Part shown: positions 1 to 12,990 of the stretch, in pieces | How the letters are laid out: each line of letters opens with the position of its first letter | Numbering within the stretch: position 1 is the stretch's first letter | Assembly (NCBI GenBank): GCA_951406725.2 | Contig: OX597818.1 | Span: forward strand, 133,424,001-133,488,000 | From: Octopus vulgaris | Taxonomy: Eukaryota | Direction: 5' to 3' | Length of the DNA stretch: 64,000 bases | Translations under genes and position numbers: made by a program | Notes under the pieces: model-generated | Seen by the model: the letters and a program-made list of their open reading frames with translations, nothing else | What the model was told of the DNA's origin: nothing | Database searches by the model: none

Positions 1-450
1 CTGGCTTTTGGTGCAAAATGCACTCTTATTTATATTGCTAGTGGGAAGATAAGTCTCCAACACCTCCAGCACCGAGATCACCAGATCATGTGATTTCGAC
101 CTGCCTTGGTCTTGTCAATGATGGATGCTTGACTGCTAGAAAGAGTAGATATTCTATTTTAATTCAAATGGCATGAACCTGACTACATTATCACTGGGCT
201 ATTTTCTTTTTTAAGATGTAATGTAAAGGCAGTATGGTTGTTATTTGTAACTGGTGCAGTAATTATATAGAGATTCCTTCATTCTATTAGGGGGGCAATA
301 TATTTTCAGCTAAATGTATTGAAACAAGTGTTAGTACTACTATTATGCTCCTTAGTTAAATGCTGAGCAATCTACCTATAAGTGATGGGATTTGAGCTTA
401 GAAATCAGTTCAGCATGTTAATCCACATGAATTATTTACAGTTATTTTAC

Positions 451-633
451 AGTGCGGGTGGCACATAAAAAGCACCCACTACACTCACGGAGTGGTTGGC
501 GTTAGGAAGGGCATCCAGCCATAGAAACACTGCCAGATCTGACTGGGCCTGATGAAGCCTTCCAGCTTCACAGACCCCAGTTGAACCGCCCAACCCATGC
601 TAGCATGGAAAGCAGACGCTAAATGATGATGAT
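451..633 (+). mobile_element. RTE 3'-tail short repeat with (GAT)n tail
   Basis: gagtggttggcgttaggaagggcatccagc...catgctagcatggaaagc...(GAT)n. Other copies: 4539-4775(-), 4947-5674(-), 26188-26570(-), 30312-30470(-), 49523-49855(-). Confidence 0.85.
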
Positions 634-940
634 TTTCAAATAAGAAAAATGAGATAAAAGAACAAACTTAAAACTTGAAAAGTAAAATTAGAAAACAAAT
701 TCAGCATTTACCAGTTAAGATCTACACACCTTTCTATTGGTTATCTTAAACAAAGATAATCAGAAAAATGTCTGTAACTAAAATGTGGGTAACACTGTAG
801 AGCAAGTAACACAGTTTCAATTCCTAGAAGTAGATTTACTTCACTTAAACAGCTACTGTTCTTGAGAAAGGTATGACTGATAGAAAATTTCATGCATGTT
901 ACATTGAGGAAACCAATAATCATAACTACAATATAATGAA

Positions 941-1323
941 CTAGCAGTATCGCCCAGCGTTGCTCGGGTTTGTAAGGGAAATAACTATATAAGCATTTTT
1001 AGAGAGTTATAGCCAAAAAATAACAAAAATGCATTAAAAATGGAAAAAAAATGATGGTGAATTTTTTTTTAAATCGTAGACATTTTTAGAGAGTTACTTC
1101 CCTTATATGATAGCGAAAAATGCATTAAAATGGAAAAAATGATTTAAAATTTTTTTTTAAATCGTAGACTCATCGTAGACGCGCGCTAATACCCAGAAGG
1201 GCTCGATATGAATCATGACTATAAGATACCCGGTTTTAGTTAAACTGCACCGTAAAATGTGGGAGTAGTTAGGAATCTAAATCGTAGGAGACAGACACAC
1301 AACTTCTCTTTTATATATAAAGA
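941..1323 (-). mobile_element. Non-autonomous Helitron
   Basis: Minus strand starts a|TCTTTATATATAAAA and ends with the hairpin cccgagcaacgctggg then CTAG|t (A-T target). It has an internal tandem duplication of about 88 bp. Confidence 0.82.
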
Positions 1324-1804
1324 TATTGTAAAGTATGTTTGACAAAATAAATATTGCTTTCAGTTCAAAGTTAAAAATACAAAATGAATCCGGGGAAGAT
1401 TTGAACTCAAGATGCAAAGAAAGAGACAAAACTAATAACAGCTCAGCAAATTTCTACCAATCAAGATGATCACTTCATAACTATGTGGCTTAGGGTATAA
1501 TTCTACTATGCGGCACATCAAAGAGCTATCTTCTGTCATTGCCTCAAGTAATCTGATACCTTGTGAGCACAATTTGGGAGACAGAGACTGTACAGAAGCC
1601 TGTTGAATATGCTTTACTTGCTTCATGATTGAATACTAGAAAATTTAATTGATAACAGATATATAAGTGTTCATCATGTATTGACTATAAAAAAAATAGT
1701 CAAATATTGGGGCATATAAGCCCTCAAGAGAAAAAAAATGGGTATTAATACATGTGGGAAATGAACCTACACCTCTTATTTTCCCATTTATCTATCTATC
1801 TGTA

Positions 1805-1837
<33 letters not shown>

Positions 1838-2130
1838 CATGTGATCACGTGACCGACCAGGCCATCAGATGTTGTTACACATCGCTGGTCACAATGCACT
1901 TCGCATTATTTTAGCCTTCAATGACGCCACCCCGCTGGCTAAGCGAGCAGACCAACAGAAGAAAGAGTGAGAGAAAGTTGTGGTGAAAGAGTACAGCAGG
2001 GATCACCGCCACCCCCTGCCGGAGCCTCGTGGAGCTTTTAGGTGTTTTCGCTCAATAAACACTCATAACGCCCGGTCTGGGAATCAAAACCACGATCCTA
2101 CGACCGCAAGTCCACTGTCCTAACCACTGT
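1838..2130 (-). mobile_element. tRNA-derived SINE with the family A head but a different 3' half
   Basis: 1963-2129 matches the family A 5' half; 1838-1960 is unrelated to the family A tail. Confidence 0.85.
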
Positions 2131-2789
2131 ATATATATATATACAGAGAGACAGATAGACAGATAAATAGATAAAGTAGAAAATTATGAGTACAAGTAGA
2201 TGTGCGAGTGCTACTGTTATGGTTAGAACTCTATGTAGATTTTCATAATAAGTTTCTATAAAGTTCTACAATGGCAGAGTTATCTCTAAGTAGATACAAT
2301 AAATGGTTCCTTGAGAATCTATGGTGGTTGAGCATATGCATTTGAAACACAGGGCTCCAAATAACCATAATAGTGAAATGTGTTTAGGAACTTTAATATT
2401 AACTTGGGTTTATCCATATTTTTCTTATGCATATATATATACACATATGTATACATCATATTTACATATGGTAGCCATGTATTTTCTCAATAGCAGGACC
2501 CGGTTCTATTCACTCTATCATACTTTAGCCTTTCGACAACTGGCACAAAGCCACCTCCTTTAATACTGTACCCCTACTCTGTCAACGGGTTTTGTTTTGT
2601 GAATTACCTGGTGACCTCATTAGTGCTGGTGCCACACACAAAAAAAAATAACCACCTTGTATACTCTATAGAATGGTTGACTTTAGAAAGGCTATCCGGC
2701 CATAGAAACCTTGCCAAAGCAAACATTGAAGCCTGATGTAGCCCTCTGATGTGTCAAATCCTGTTGAACCATCTAACCAATGGTAGCAT

Positions 2790-2830
2790 CATGTATGTAT
2801 GTATGTATGTATGTATGTATGTATGTATGT

Positions 2831-2863
<33 letters not shown>

Positions 2864-3099
2864 AGTATGTATGTATGTATGTATGTATGTGTGTATGTAT
2901 GTATGTATGTAAGTATGTATATATGTATGTATATGTAAGTATGTATGTATGTATGTATGTATGTATGTGTGTGTGTGTGTATGTATGTATGTAAGTATGT
3001 ATGTATGTATGTATGTATGTATGTATGTATGTATGTATGTATGTATGTATGTATGTATGTGTGTGTGTATGTATGTATGTATGTATGTAAGTATGTATG

Positions 3100-3133
<34 letters not shown>

Positions 3134-3247
3134 TGTATGTATGTATGTATGTATGTATGTAGGTATGTATGTATGTATGTATGTATGTATGTATGTATGT
3201 AGGTATGTATGTATGTATGTATGTATGTATGTATGTATGTATATATA
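2790..3247. repeat. (TATG)n microsatellite
   Basis: Read directly from the sequence. Confidence 0.98.
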
Positions 3248-4915
3248 TTCAGAAATAAGTAGCCAGCATCCTACACTTTGTACTGCTCTTTTGCACTATT
3301 TAGCTACATGTCTTTTGAATTCTGAGTTCAAACTCCATCCATGTGAACTCTGCTTTTCCTGATTCTGAAGTTGATCAAATCAATACTAGTCAGCTTGGAA
3401 TCAAATTTTCTGTTCAGGATCTTGTCTCAAACATTGGATATCATTCTTATAATGGCTGAATCAGCAAGGTAACATACTGAATGCCTTGTAGCATTTTAAT
3501 TATGTCCTTCTATGTTCTGAGTTCCAATCTTTCTGAAGTTAATATTGCCTTTCCTTCCTCTGGAGTTGAGAAAATAATTACCAGTCTATTGCTGGAGTCA
3601 ATGTAATCGAGGATACTCTTTGTCCCCCAAATTTGTGTTCATGTCCCTACGTTAAAAATCATCATCATCATAATTATCATCACCATCACCACCACCACCA
3701 CCACCACTACCACCACCACTGCTGCTACCACTGCCGCCACTGCCATCACCATCATCATCATCATCATCATCATCATCTATAGTAGCAGCAGCAGTAATAT
3801 CATCATCTTCATCTTTATTTTACTATGAAGAAAATATATTCAGAATTAAGTTCTGAATATTTTTCCATATTTTTATGCAGTTGCTGAGATCCTATCGCTA
3901 TCAATAATCAAATAATCAATCAATAAGATATAATAATTCATTTTTTTTTCCTCTATCAAACAAATCACTGTTATACATATATATTCCAAATGCTCCATAA
4001 ATACACTTGTTATGAGAGAAAAGAAAGTTATAATTACAATAAATTTTAGATGATAAAATTCATTTCGACAAATGTAAAAAGAGAAAAATTAAATTTTTTT
4101 TTTGTTTTTTTCCTATAGTTAGTTCCAACATTTTTTCTATCATGAATATTTCTTATAATTTTGAGAAACCAAAAATATCAATTGTGAATTAAACTTCTAT
4201 ATTTTTAGACGGTATTAACATGATCATTATAAGTCTCTTATTGCTATCTTTCTTTTGCTAAAATATATATTATATATAAAATATATAAAAAACAGATGAT
4301 ATCGATTTCTTACATAGACACAAGGCTTCAGATGTATAGGAAGAAAAGAAAATGAGATTGCATGATATTCATGAGTTTTTCAATATATTGGCAATGTAAG
4401 TGAAATAATAAGACTGCACTGTCAAGGATCAAAACTGAGTCACAAGTCTGGCTTCCAAAGAGAAAACCATAATTCTTGGTGTATGTTAAACTATTGTCAG
4501 TATTCTACCAGACAGAAATTTGAGGATAGTAGCTACATTCATCATCATCATCATCATCATCATCGTTTAACGTTTGCTTTCCATGCTAGCATGGGTTGGA
4601 CGGTTCAACTGGGGTCTGGGGAGCCCGAAGGCTGCACCAGGCCAGTCAGATCTGGCAGTGTTTCTACAGCTGGATGCCCTTCCTAACGCCAACCACTCCG
4701 AGAGTGTAGTGGGTGATTTTATGTGCCACCGACACAGGTGCCAGACGAGGCTGGCGAACGGCCACGCTCGGATGGTAAAAGGAAATAATTGGTCATCAAA
4801 GAAAGCTTTGTATTTTTGTATAGTTTCAAGGAAAAATTAGTCAATCAGAGACCATCTCTCTCTGCAAACTATCAACCACATCCAGACTGTAAGTTTGAAG
4901 ATAAAGTATAGTTAA

Positions 4916-5861
4916 TCTTTTAGCATTTAAACTGGCCACACCAGGTTCATCATCATCATCATCATTTAGCGTCCGCTTTCCATGCAAGCATAGGTTGGAC
5001 GGTTCAACTGGGGTCTGTGAAGCTGGAAGGCTTCGTCAGGCCCAGTCAGATCTGACAGTGTTTCTACGGCTGGATGCCCTTCCTAACGCCAACCACTCCG
5101 TGAGTGTAGTGGGTGCTTTTACGTGCCACCAACACAGGGCCAGACAGAGCTGGCAAACGGCCACGAACGGATGGTGCTTTTACGTGTCACCGGCACGGGG
5201 GCCAGGCGAGGCTGGCAACAGACACGAATGGATGGTGCTTTTACGTGCCACCGACACAGGGCCAGACAGAGCTGGCAAACGGCCACGAACGGACGGTGCT
5301 TTTACGTGTCACCGGCACGGGGGCCAGGCGAGGCTGGCAACAGACACGAATGGATGGTGCTTTTCGTGCCACCGACACAGGGCCAGACAGAGCTGGCAAA
5401 CGGCCACGAACGGATGGTGCTTTTACGTGTCACCGGCACGGGGGCCAGGCGAGGCTGGCAACAGACACGAATGGATGGTGCTTTTACGTGCCACCAACAC
5501 AGGGCCAGACAGAGCTGGCAAACGGCCACGAACGGATGGTGCTTTTACGTGTCACCGGCACGGGGGCCAGGCGAGGCTGGCAACAGACACGAATGGATGG
5601 TGCTTTTACGTGCCACCGACACAGGGCCAGACAGAGCTGGCAAACGGCCACGAACGGACGGTGCTTTTACGTGTAATATGTTCTATTTGTTTTATGTTCA
5701 AACCAGCCCTATTCAGACTCTCACACCTACCATACAATGTCATTCTAAAAATATACAATCAGATCATTGAAATCTTGAAGCTATGAGAAAAAGCAGGAAT
5801 ATTTCAAACCAATTCAAATAAACAAGCATTTGTTTGCCAGAGTAATCTGACTGCTAAAAGG
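4916..5861. mobile_element. piggyBac-type MITE (TTAA TSD) interrupted by an RTE-tail repeat
   Basis: ttaa at 4912-4915 and 5862-5865; body matches 25022-25240; insertion at about 4947-5674. Confidence 0.72.
5112..5674. repeat. Tandem array of alternating 61-bp A/B monomers (122-bp higher-order unit, about 4.6 copies)
   Basis: Monomers start with ggtgctttt at 5112, 5173, 5234, 5295, 5356, 5416, 5477, 5538, 5599 and 5660. Confidence 0.95.
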
Positions 5862-5917
5862 TTAAAGGGCTCAAACAGCATTTGAAATCGCATCACTGCT
5901 TTTACTTGTTGGACACT

Positions 5918-7250
5918 TATGTATGTATGTATGTATGTATGTATGTATGTATGTATGTATGTATGTATGTATTATGTATGTATGTATGTATGTATGAATG
6001 TATGTATTTATGTATGTATGTATTATGTATGTATGTATGTATGTATTTATGTATGTATGTATTATGTATGTATGTATGTATGTATGAATGTATGTATTTA
6101 TGTATGTATGTATTATGTATGTATGTATGTATGTATGTATGTATGTATGTATTATGTATGTATGTATGTATGTATGTATGTATGTATTATGTATGTATGT
6201 ATGTATGTATGTATGTATGTATGTATGTATGTATTATGTATGTATGTATGTATGTATGTATGTATGTATTTATGTATGTATGTATTATGTATGTATGTAT
6301 GTATGTATTTATGTATGTATGTATGTATGTATGTATGTATTTATGTATGTATGTATTATGTATGTATGTATGTATGTATTTATGTATGTATGTATTATGT
6401 ATGTATGTATGTATGTATGTATGTATGTATGTATGTATGTATGTATGTATGTATTTATGTATGTATTATGTATGTATGTATGTATGTATGTATTTATGTA
6501 TGTATGTATTATTATATGTATGTATGTATGTATTTATGTATGTATGTATTTATGTATGTATGTATGTATGTATGTATTTATGTATGTATGTATTATGTAT
6601 GTATGTATGTATGTATTTATGTATGTATGTATTATGTATGTATGTATGTATGTATGTATGTATGTATGTATGTATGTATGTATGTATGTATGTATGTATG
6701 TATGTATGTATTATGTATGTATGTATGTATGTATTTATGTATGTATGTATTATGTATGTATGTATGTATTTATGTATGTATGTATTATGTATGTATGTAT
6801 GTATGTATTTATGTATGTATGTATTATGTATGTATGTATGTATGTATGTATGTATGTATGTATGTATGTATGTATGTATTTATGTATGTATTATGTATGT
6901 ATGTATGTATGTATGTATTTATGTATGTATGTATTATGTATGTATGTATGTATGTATTTATGTATGTATGTATTTATGTATGTATGTATGTATGTATGTA
7001 TTTATGTATGTATGTATTATTATGTATGTATGTATGTATGTATTATTATGTATGTATGTATTATTATGTATGTATGTATGTATGTATGTATGTATGTATG
7101 TATGTATGTATGTATTTATGTATGTATGTATTATGTATGTATGTATGTATGTATGTATGTATGTATGTATGTATGTATGTATGTATGTATTTATGTATGT
7201 ATGTATTATGTATGTATTATGTATGTATGTATGTATGTATGTATGTATGT
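5918..7250. repeat. 1.3-kb compound (TATG)n microsatellite with TAT/TATT interruptions
   Basis: Read directly from the sequence. Confidence 0.98.
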
Positions 7251-8134
7251 TCAGAAATAAGTAGCCAGCATCTTACACTTTGTACTGCTCTTTTGCACTA
7301 TTTAGCTACATGTCTTTTGAATTCTGAGTTCAAACTCCATCCATGTGATTTCTGCTTTTCATGATTCTGAAGTTGATCAAATCAATACTAGTCAGCTTGG
7401 AATCAAATTTTCTGTTCAGGATCTTGTCTCAAACATTGGATATCATTCTTATAATGGTTGAATCAGCAAGGTAACATACTGAATGCTTTGTGGCATTTTA
7501 ATTATGTCCTTCTATGTTCTGAGTTCCAATCTTTCTGAAGATAACATTGCCTTTCCTTCCTCTGGGGTTGAGAAAATAATTACCAGTCAATTGCTGGATT
7601 CAACGTAATCTAGGATACATCACAGCTTTTACTTGTTGGACACTTATCTATACACAATGGCCCTCAAGCATAAATCATATTAATTTTGTCTAAGACCTCA
7701 ATAGATAAACTGATTCAAAATTGGAAACAAAAGCAAATAAACTTTATATTATACTGAAATTTGTACTCTGTACTACTAAACTAGTTCACAAATTTGAATT
7801 AGTTTATGCAGAGGGAAGATGTGAATTTCACATCTTGGATAAAACCTTTCTTTGCAATATCTTGCTAAGTACAGATAAATGGAATGTTTAGCAGAATAAG
7901 TTATATCACTTTATTTTTTACTTGTTTTAGTTGTTGGGATGTGACTATAACTTTTAATTCCATGTTACTCTTCCTTCCCCCCATCCCAACCAACCTCCTA
8001 CACTGTCCCTTAAAATACAAATCAACCCCTGAATTTATATTTCAAGTCCAGTCCTTCTTGTTTCTTTTTGACAAAATACTAACTTATGGTGATGTAAACA
8101 AATCAACAATAGTTGTCAGGTATTAGGGGAATAA

Positions 8135-8341
8135 GGCGGCGAGCTGGCGAAATGCTTAGCGGTATTTCGTCTGTGTTACGTTGTGAGTTCAAATTCCGCT
8201 GAAGTCGACTTTGCCTTTCATCCTTTCAGGGTCAATAAATTAAATACCAGTTACGCACTGAGGTCAATGTAATCAACTTAAAACCTATGTCTGTCCTTGT
8301 TTGTCCCCTCTGTGTTTAGCCCCTGTGGGTAATAAAGAAAT
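8135..8341 (+). mobile_element. SINE (family B) with 17-bp TSD
   Basis: TSD aggtattaggggaataa at 8118-8134 and 8342-8358; inserted into a decayed family C SINE. Confidence 0.88.
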
Positions 8342-8440
8342 AGGTATTAGGGGAATAAACACAAACATACACTTACACATACATGTATACACACACACAT
8401 ATTTAACTATGTATATCATGTACAATAAATACATATATAC

Positions 8441-8492
<52 letters not shown>

Positions 8493-8744
8493 TTGTGTGT
8501 GTTCTTTTATTCTTTTACTTGCTTCAGTCATTTGACTGTGGCCATGAAGGAGCACCATCTTAAAGGGTTTTTAGTCAAAGAAATTGACCCCAGGACTTAT
8601 TCTTTGTAAGCCTACTACTTATTCTGTCAGTGTCTTTTGCCAAGCCACTATGTTATGGGGATGTATACACACCAACATCAGTTGTCAAAAGATGGTTGGG
8701 GGACAAACAGACACAAAGACACACACACATAAATATACAATACA

Positions 8745-8851
<107 letters not shown>

Positions 8852-8949
8852 GGGTCTGTGTGTTTTATATTTTGTAGGATGGTGTGTGTATATATGTGCC
8901 CAAATACTAAGTGAACAAAAATGAACCATCCCACTTCCATTGAATGCGC

Positions 8950-8982
<33 letters not shown>

Positions 8983-9472
8983 TTTGTATGTAAATTTGCA
9001 TACCATGAGAATTTGATTCATTTGTTAATGCAGTCCCATGCTATTTTTCTTGGACTCAGATTTTCATTTGCTATTTCTGTTATTGTGTTAAGGTTTTCAG
9101 TGTTGACGTGGTCAGTATATTTGTTGATAAGTAAGGTACACCATTTTATAAGAGTTTATTGAAAGTCTTTTGAAGCTTGTTGTCACTAATCTCTCGTTTG
9201 GAAAATGCTACTCAAAGTGTTTCATTCAAATGATAATTCCTGCAGTGCATTATTTATATCATGACATGACAGCCTAGAAACAAGTTAATTTTTGTATAGC
9301 AAAATCGCTTTTAAATTGAGCTCAAGTGCAATATAAAATATCAACAAGTGTACATCAACTTAGAGTATGACTTTGTTTATTTTAGAAACAAAACAATTTT
9401 AATTGTGTAATGTAGAAGACTATCATGATTCAGCCATGGGATAATTGCTTCAGTTTCAACACACAATCTCAG

Positions 9473-9550
9473 AAAATCCAATTTCCATGAATGAACTCCA
9501 AAATCCAATTTCCATGAATGGACTCCAAAATAAAATTTCCATGAATGAAC
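9473..9550. repeat. 27-bp tandem repeat, about 3 copies
   Basis: Unit aaaatccaatttccatgaatgaactcc. Confidence 0.85.
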
Positions 9551-10049
9551 AAAGGGAACAGAGGCATAGAAATAACTCTACAGTCTTGCTGAGGATATAA
9601 TAACCTCTCCAGTACAGGGGATAAAATGTGATAAAATGCACTCAGTACACTCTGTAATGTGGTTAACAAAAGAATGTGTTTCAAGCTGTAGAAAACAGAC
9701 CAAAGTGAAATGCATGAGCGAAATGTAGTGTCCGACTTGTCTAGAAGAGCAGTAACTCAGAACAAAAATTGATTCAGTTGATTATGACCTGTCCAGCTCA
9801 TGCCACCTTTGAAAAGCTGATGCAAACTGATGAGGATGAGAGTGAATTGAAATTGTATAATTGTATTATGGCAGTGTCATCATAGCTATTGAACACATGC
9901 ACATAAACACTGCATTTTGTAACATTATTATATATTATTAAGCATGAAACAAAAGTGATTGTAAGAACAAATGTTAAATGCACATGCATATTAAAATACT
10001 GCAACATTTCGCTTATGCTGTGAAAATATGTAAATATTTACAATGACAC

Positions 10050-11329
10050 ATATAAACATAAGTCTTTCTTGTGTATATATAAACATATATCTTTCTTGTG
10101 TATATATAAACATATATCTTTCTTGTGTATATATAAACATATATCTTTCTTGTGTATATATAAACATATATCTTTCCTGTGTATATATAAACATATATCT
10201 TTCTTGTGTATATATAAACATATATCTTTCTTGTGTATATATATAAACATACATCTTTCTTGTGTATATATAAACATATATCTTTCTTGTGTATATATAA
10301 ACATATATCTTTCTTGTGTATATATAAACATATATCTTTCTTGTGTATATATAAACATATATCTTTCTTGTGTATATATAAACATATGTCTTTCTTGTGT
10401 ATATATAAACATATATCTTTCTTGTGTATATATAAACATAAGTCTTTCTTGTGTATATATAAACATATATCTTTCTTGTGTATATATAAACATATATCTT
10501 TCTTGTGTATATATATAAACATATGTCTTTCTTGTGTATATATAAACATATATCTTTCTTGTGTATATATAAACATATATCTTTCTTGTGTATATATATA
10601 AACATACATCTTTCTTGTGTATATATATAAACATATATCTTTCTTGTGTATATATAAACATATATCTTTCTTGTGTATATATAAACATATATCTTTCTTG
10701 TGTATATATATAAACATATGTCTTTCTTGTGTATATATAAACATATATCTTTCTTGTGTATATATAAACATATATCTTTCTTGTGTATATATAAACATAT
10801 ATCTTTCTTGTGTATATATAAACATATGTCTTTCTTGTGTATATATAAACATATATCTTTCTTGTGTATATATAAACATATATCTTTCTTGTGTATATAT
10901 ATAAACATATGTCTTTCTTGTGTATATATAAACATATGTCTTTCTTGTGTATATATAAACATATATCTTTCTTGTGTATATATAAACTTATATCTTTCTT
11001 GTGTATATATAAACATATGTCTTTCTTGTGTATATATAAACTTATATCTTTCTTGTGTATATATAAACTTATATCTTTCTTGTGTATATATAAACATATG
11101 TCTTTCTTGTGTATATATAAACATATATCTTTCTTGTGTATATATAAACTTATATCTTTCTTGTGTATATATAAACATATGTCTTTCTTGTGTATATATA
11201 AACTTATATCTTTCTTGTGTATATATAAACTTATATCTTTCTTGTGTATATATAAACATATGTCTTTCTTGTGTATATATAAACATATATCTTTCTTGTG
11301 TATATATAAACATATATCTTTCTTGTGTA
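10050..11329. repeat. 27-bp minisatellite, about 47 copies
   Basis: Unit tataaacatatatctttcttgtgtata, with point variants and occasional +TA units. Confidence 0.97.
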
Positions 11330-11609
11330 TTCCTTTTCTTTGTGAACAGAAGACAAATGAATGTTCTTATTCAAGTTTCAATTCAGTTTGGAACCATCCT
11401 GAGAGAGACTATGTACACATCCTTCTGACCACACAGAACTACATAGTTAATGGCTTTATAAACCAATAAAATTTGATAATATCAGTGAATTAGAGATTTC
11501 AATTTGCATAATATTTTTAGTACTTGCTCTGCAAGTTAATTCAATTAAATATTAGAATTAATCTTTATACAGGTGAGATGCTCATATGCTAACTAAGATA
11601 CTCTCATGG

Positions 11610-12990
11610 AATATGACTAAATGAAGTTTATTTTTCAACACAGTTCCCCCCACACACACACACACACACTGCAGCCCACACACTACTCCCATCGGTGTTG
11701 CAGTGCTTGGATCCCATTAGTGATGAAGCTTTCATCCTGTTGGTCAAAAACGTCATCCATAGCAGATGCGATGTCATCATCACTGCAATACAGGTTCCCA
11801 GCCAAGTGTTTTTTCCATGTTGGGGAATAAATGATTGTCAGATGAGGCCAAATCAAGATAATAGGGAGGCCGAGGAATCAGTTCAAAGCTACAGTCATGC
11901 ACAGCAGCCTTTGAAAGCAAGGACTTGTATGATGAAGCATTGTCCTAATGAAACAAAAAACCCCTTTCATAAGTTTCCTTGTGTGTTTCATTTTGATAGC
12001 CTTTTGTGTTTTGTTTTGATAGCCTTTTGTAACTGACTTAGGAAATTGGTATAGTACTCTCCATTGATTGTTTGGCTTTTTTGAAGACAATCAATATACA
12101 CAATTCGTACAACATCCCAAACAACTGAGGCCATCACCCTCCCTGCTGAGAAAACAACCTTGGCCTTCTTGGGAGCAGGTGAAAAGGAGTTTTCATTGCA
12201 CAGATTGTCTCTTTGTCTCTGGGTCAATATGATCAGCTCAATACTCACTTTGGATGAGGAAATGTTCAAGAAAACCAGTTGGATCTGTCTCAGACAATGT
12301 CAGATTTTCTGTGATGTGATCAGCCTGGTGCACATTTGATCAGGTGTCAGAAGATATGGCACCCAACAAGCAGAAGCCTTCATCGTGCCAAGCTCAATGT
12401 GCACAATATTCCCAACTCTCTTGCAGGATATACTAATAGCACTAGCTATTTGATTTAGAGTCAACTAGCAGTATCGCCCGGCGTTGCTCGGGTTTGTAAG
12501 GAAAATAACTATATAAGCATTTTTAGAGATGTAAAGTATAATAGCCATCTGAATATGGCTAAACACAAAGGGGGGTATTACTGTAGCTTTTTACGTTCTG
12601 AGATTTAATAAATTTTTAGAGAGTTACTTCCCTTATATATGCCAAAAATGCATTATAAATGGGAAAAATTGATGGTAAATTTTTTTTTAAATCATAGACT
12701 CATCGTAGACGCGCGCTGATACCCAGAAGGGCTCGATATGAATCACGACTATAAGATACCCGGTTTTGGTTAAACTGCACCACAAAATGTGGGAGTAGTT
12801 AGGAATCTAAATCGTAGGAGACAGACAGACACACAACCTCTCTTTTATATATAAAGATTGCCTGTCACCATGTGGTGATCACGATCAATGTCTTCCTCAG
12901 TGATGGCCTTTGCATGACGTCCAGATGTCAGGTTATTTTTAAGATTCTCCATTCCCCTCCTAAATTCAGCTGTCTACTTTTGCAATGTTA
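11610..12990 (-). mobile_element. Decayed mariner transposase, interrupted by a Helitron
   Basis: PAPKKAKVVFSAGRVMASVVWD...TINGEYY matches the mariner SAGKVMASVFWD motif; multiple stops and frameshifts; ends approximate. Confidence 0.82.
12465..12857 (-). mobile_element. Non-autonomous Helitron (same family) inserted in mariner
   Basis: Same 5'-TC and hairpin-CTAG-3' ends; highly similar to 941-1323; splits the mariner remnant with no TSD. Confidence 0.85.

Noticed and set aside
1432-1635. 64-aa minus-strand ORF with possible splice sites
   Set aside because: No recognisable homology; the signals are no better than chance in AT-rich DNA.
5112-5674. CRISPR-like regular spacing of ggtgcttttacgtg
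   Set aside because: The 'spacers' are just two alternating sequences, there are no cas genes, the context is eukaryotic, and the array derives from an RTE 3' UTR.
5882-7364. 390-481-aa ORFs (MYVC repeats), and similar YI/HT/CV ORFs throughout the window
   Set aside because: These are translations of stop-free microsatellites, with no splice or compositional evidence of coding.
3248-7618. A-to-I editing signature fixed in the duplicated copy
   Set aside because: Only 2 of 14 differences are T>C on the plus strand, so there is no directional bias.
9991-11469. 440-aa (MFIYTQERY)n ORF and overlapping ORFs
   Set aside because: By-product of the 27-bp minisatellite; the frames shift at +TA units.
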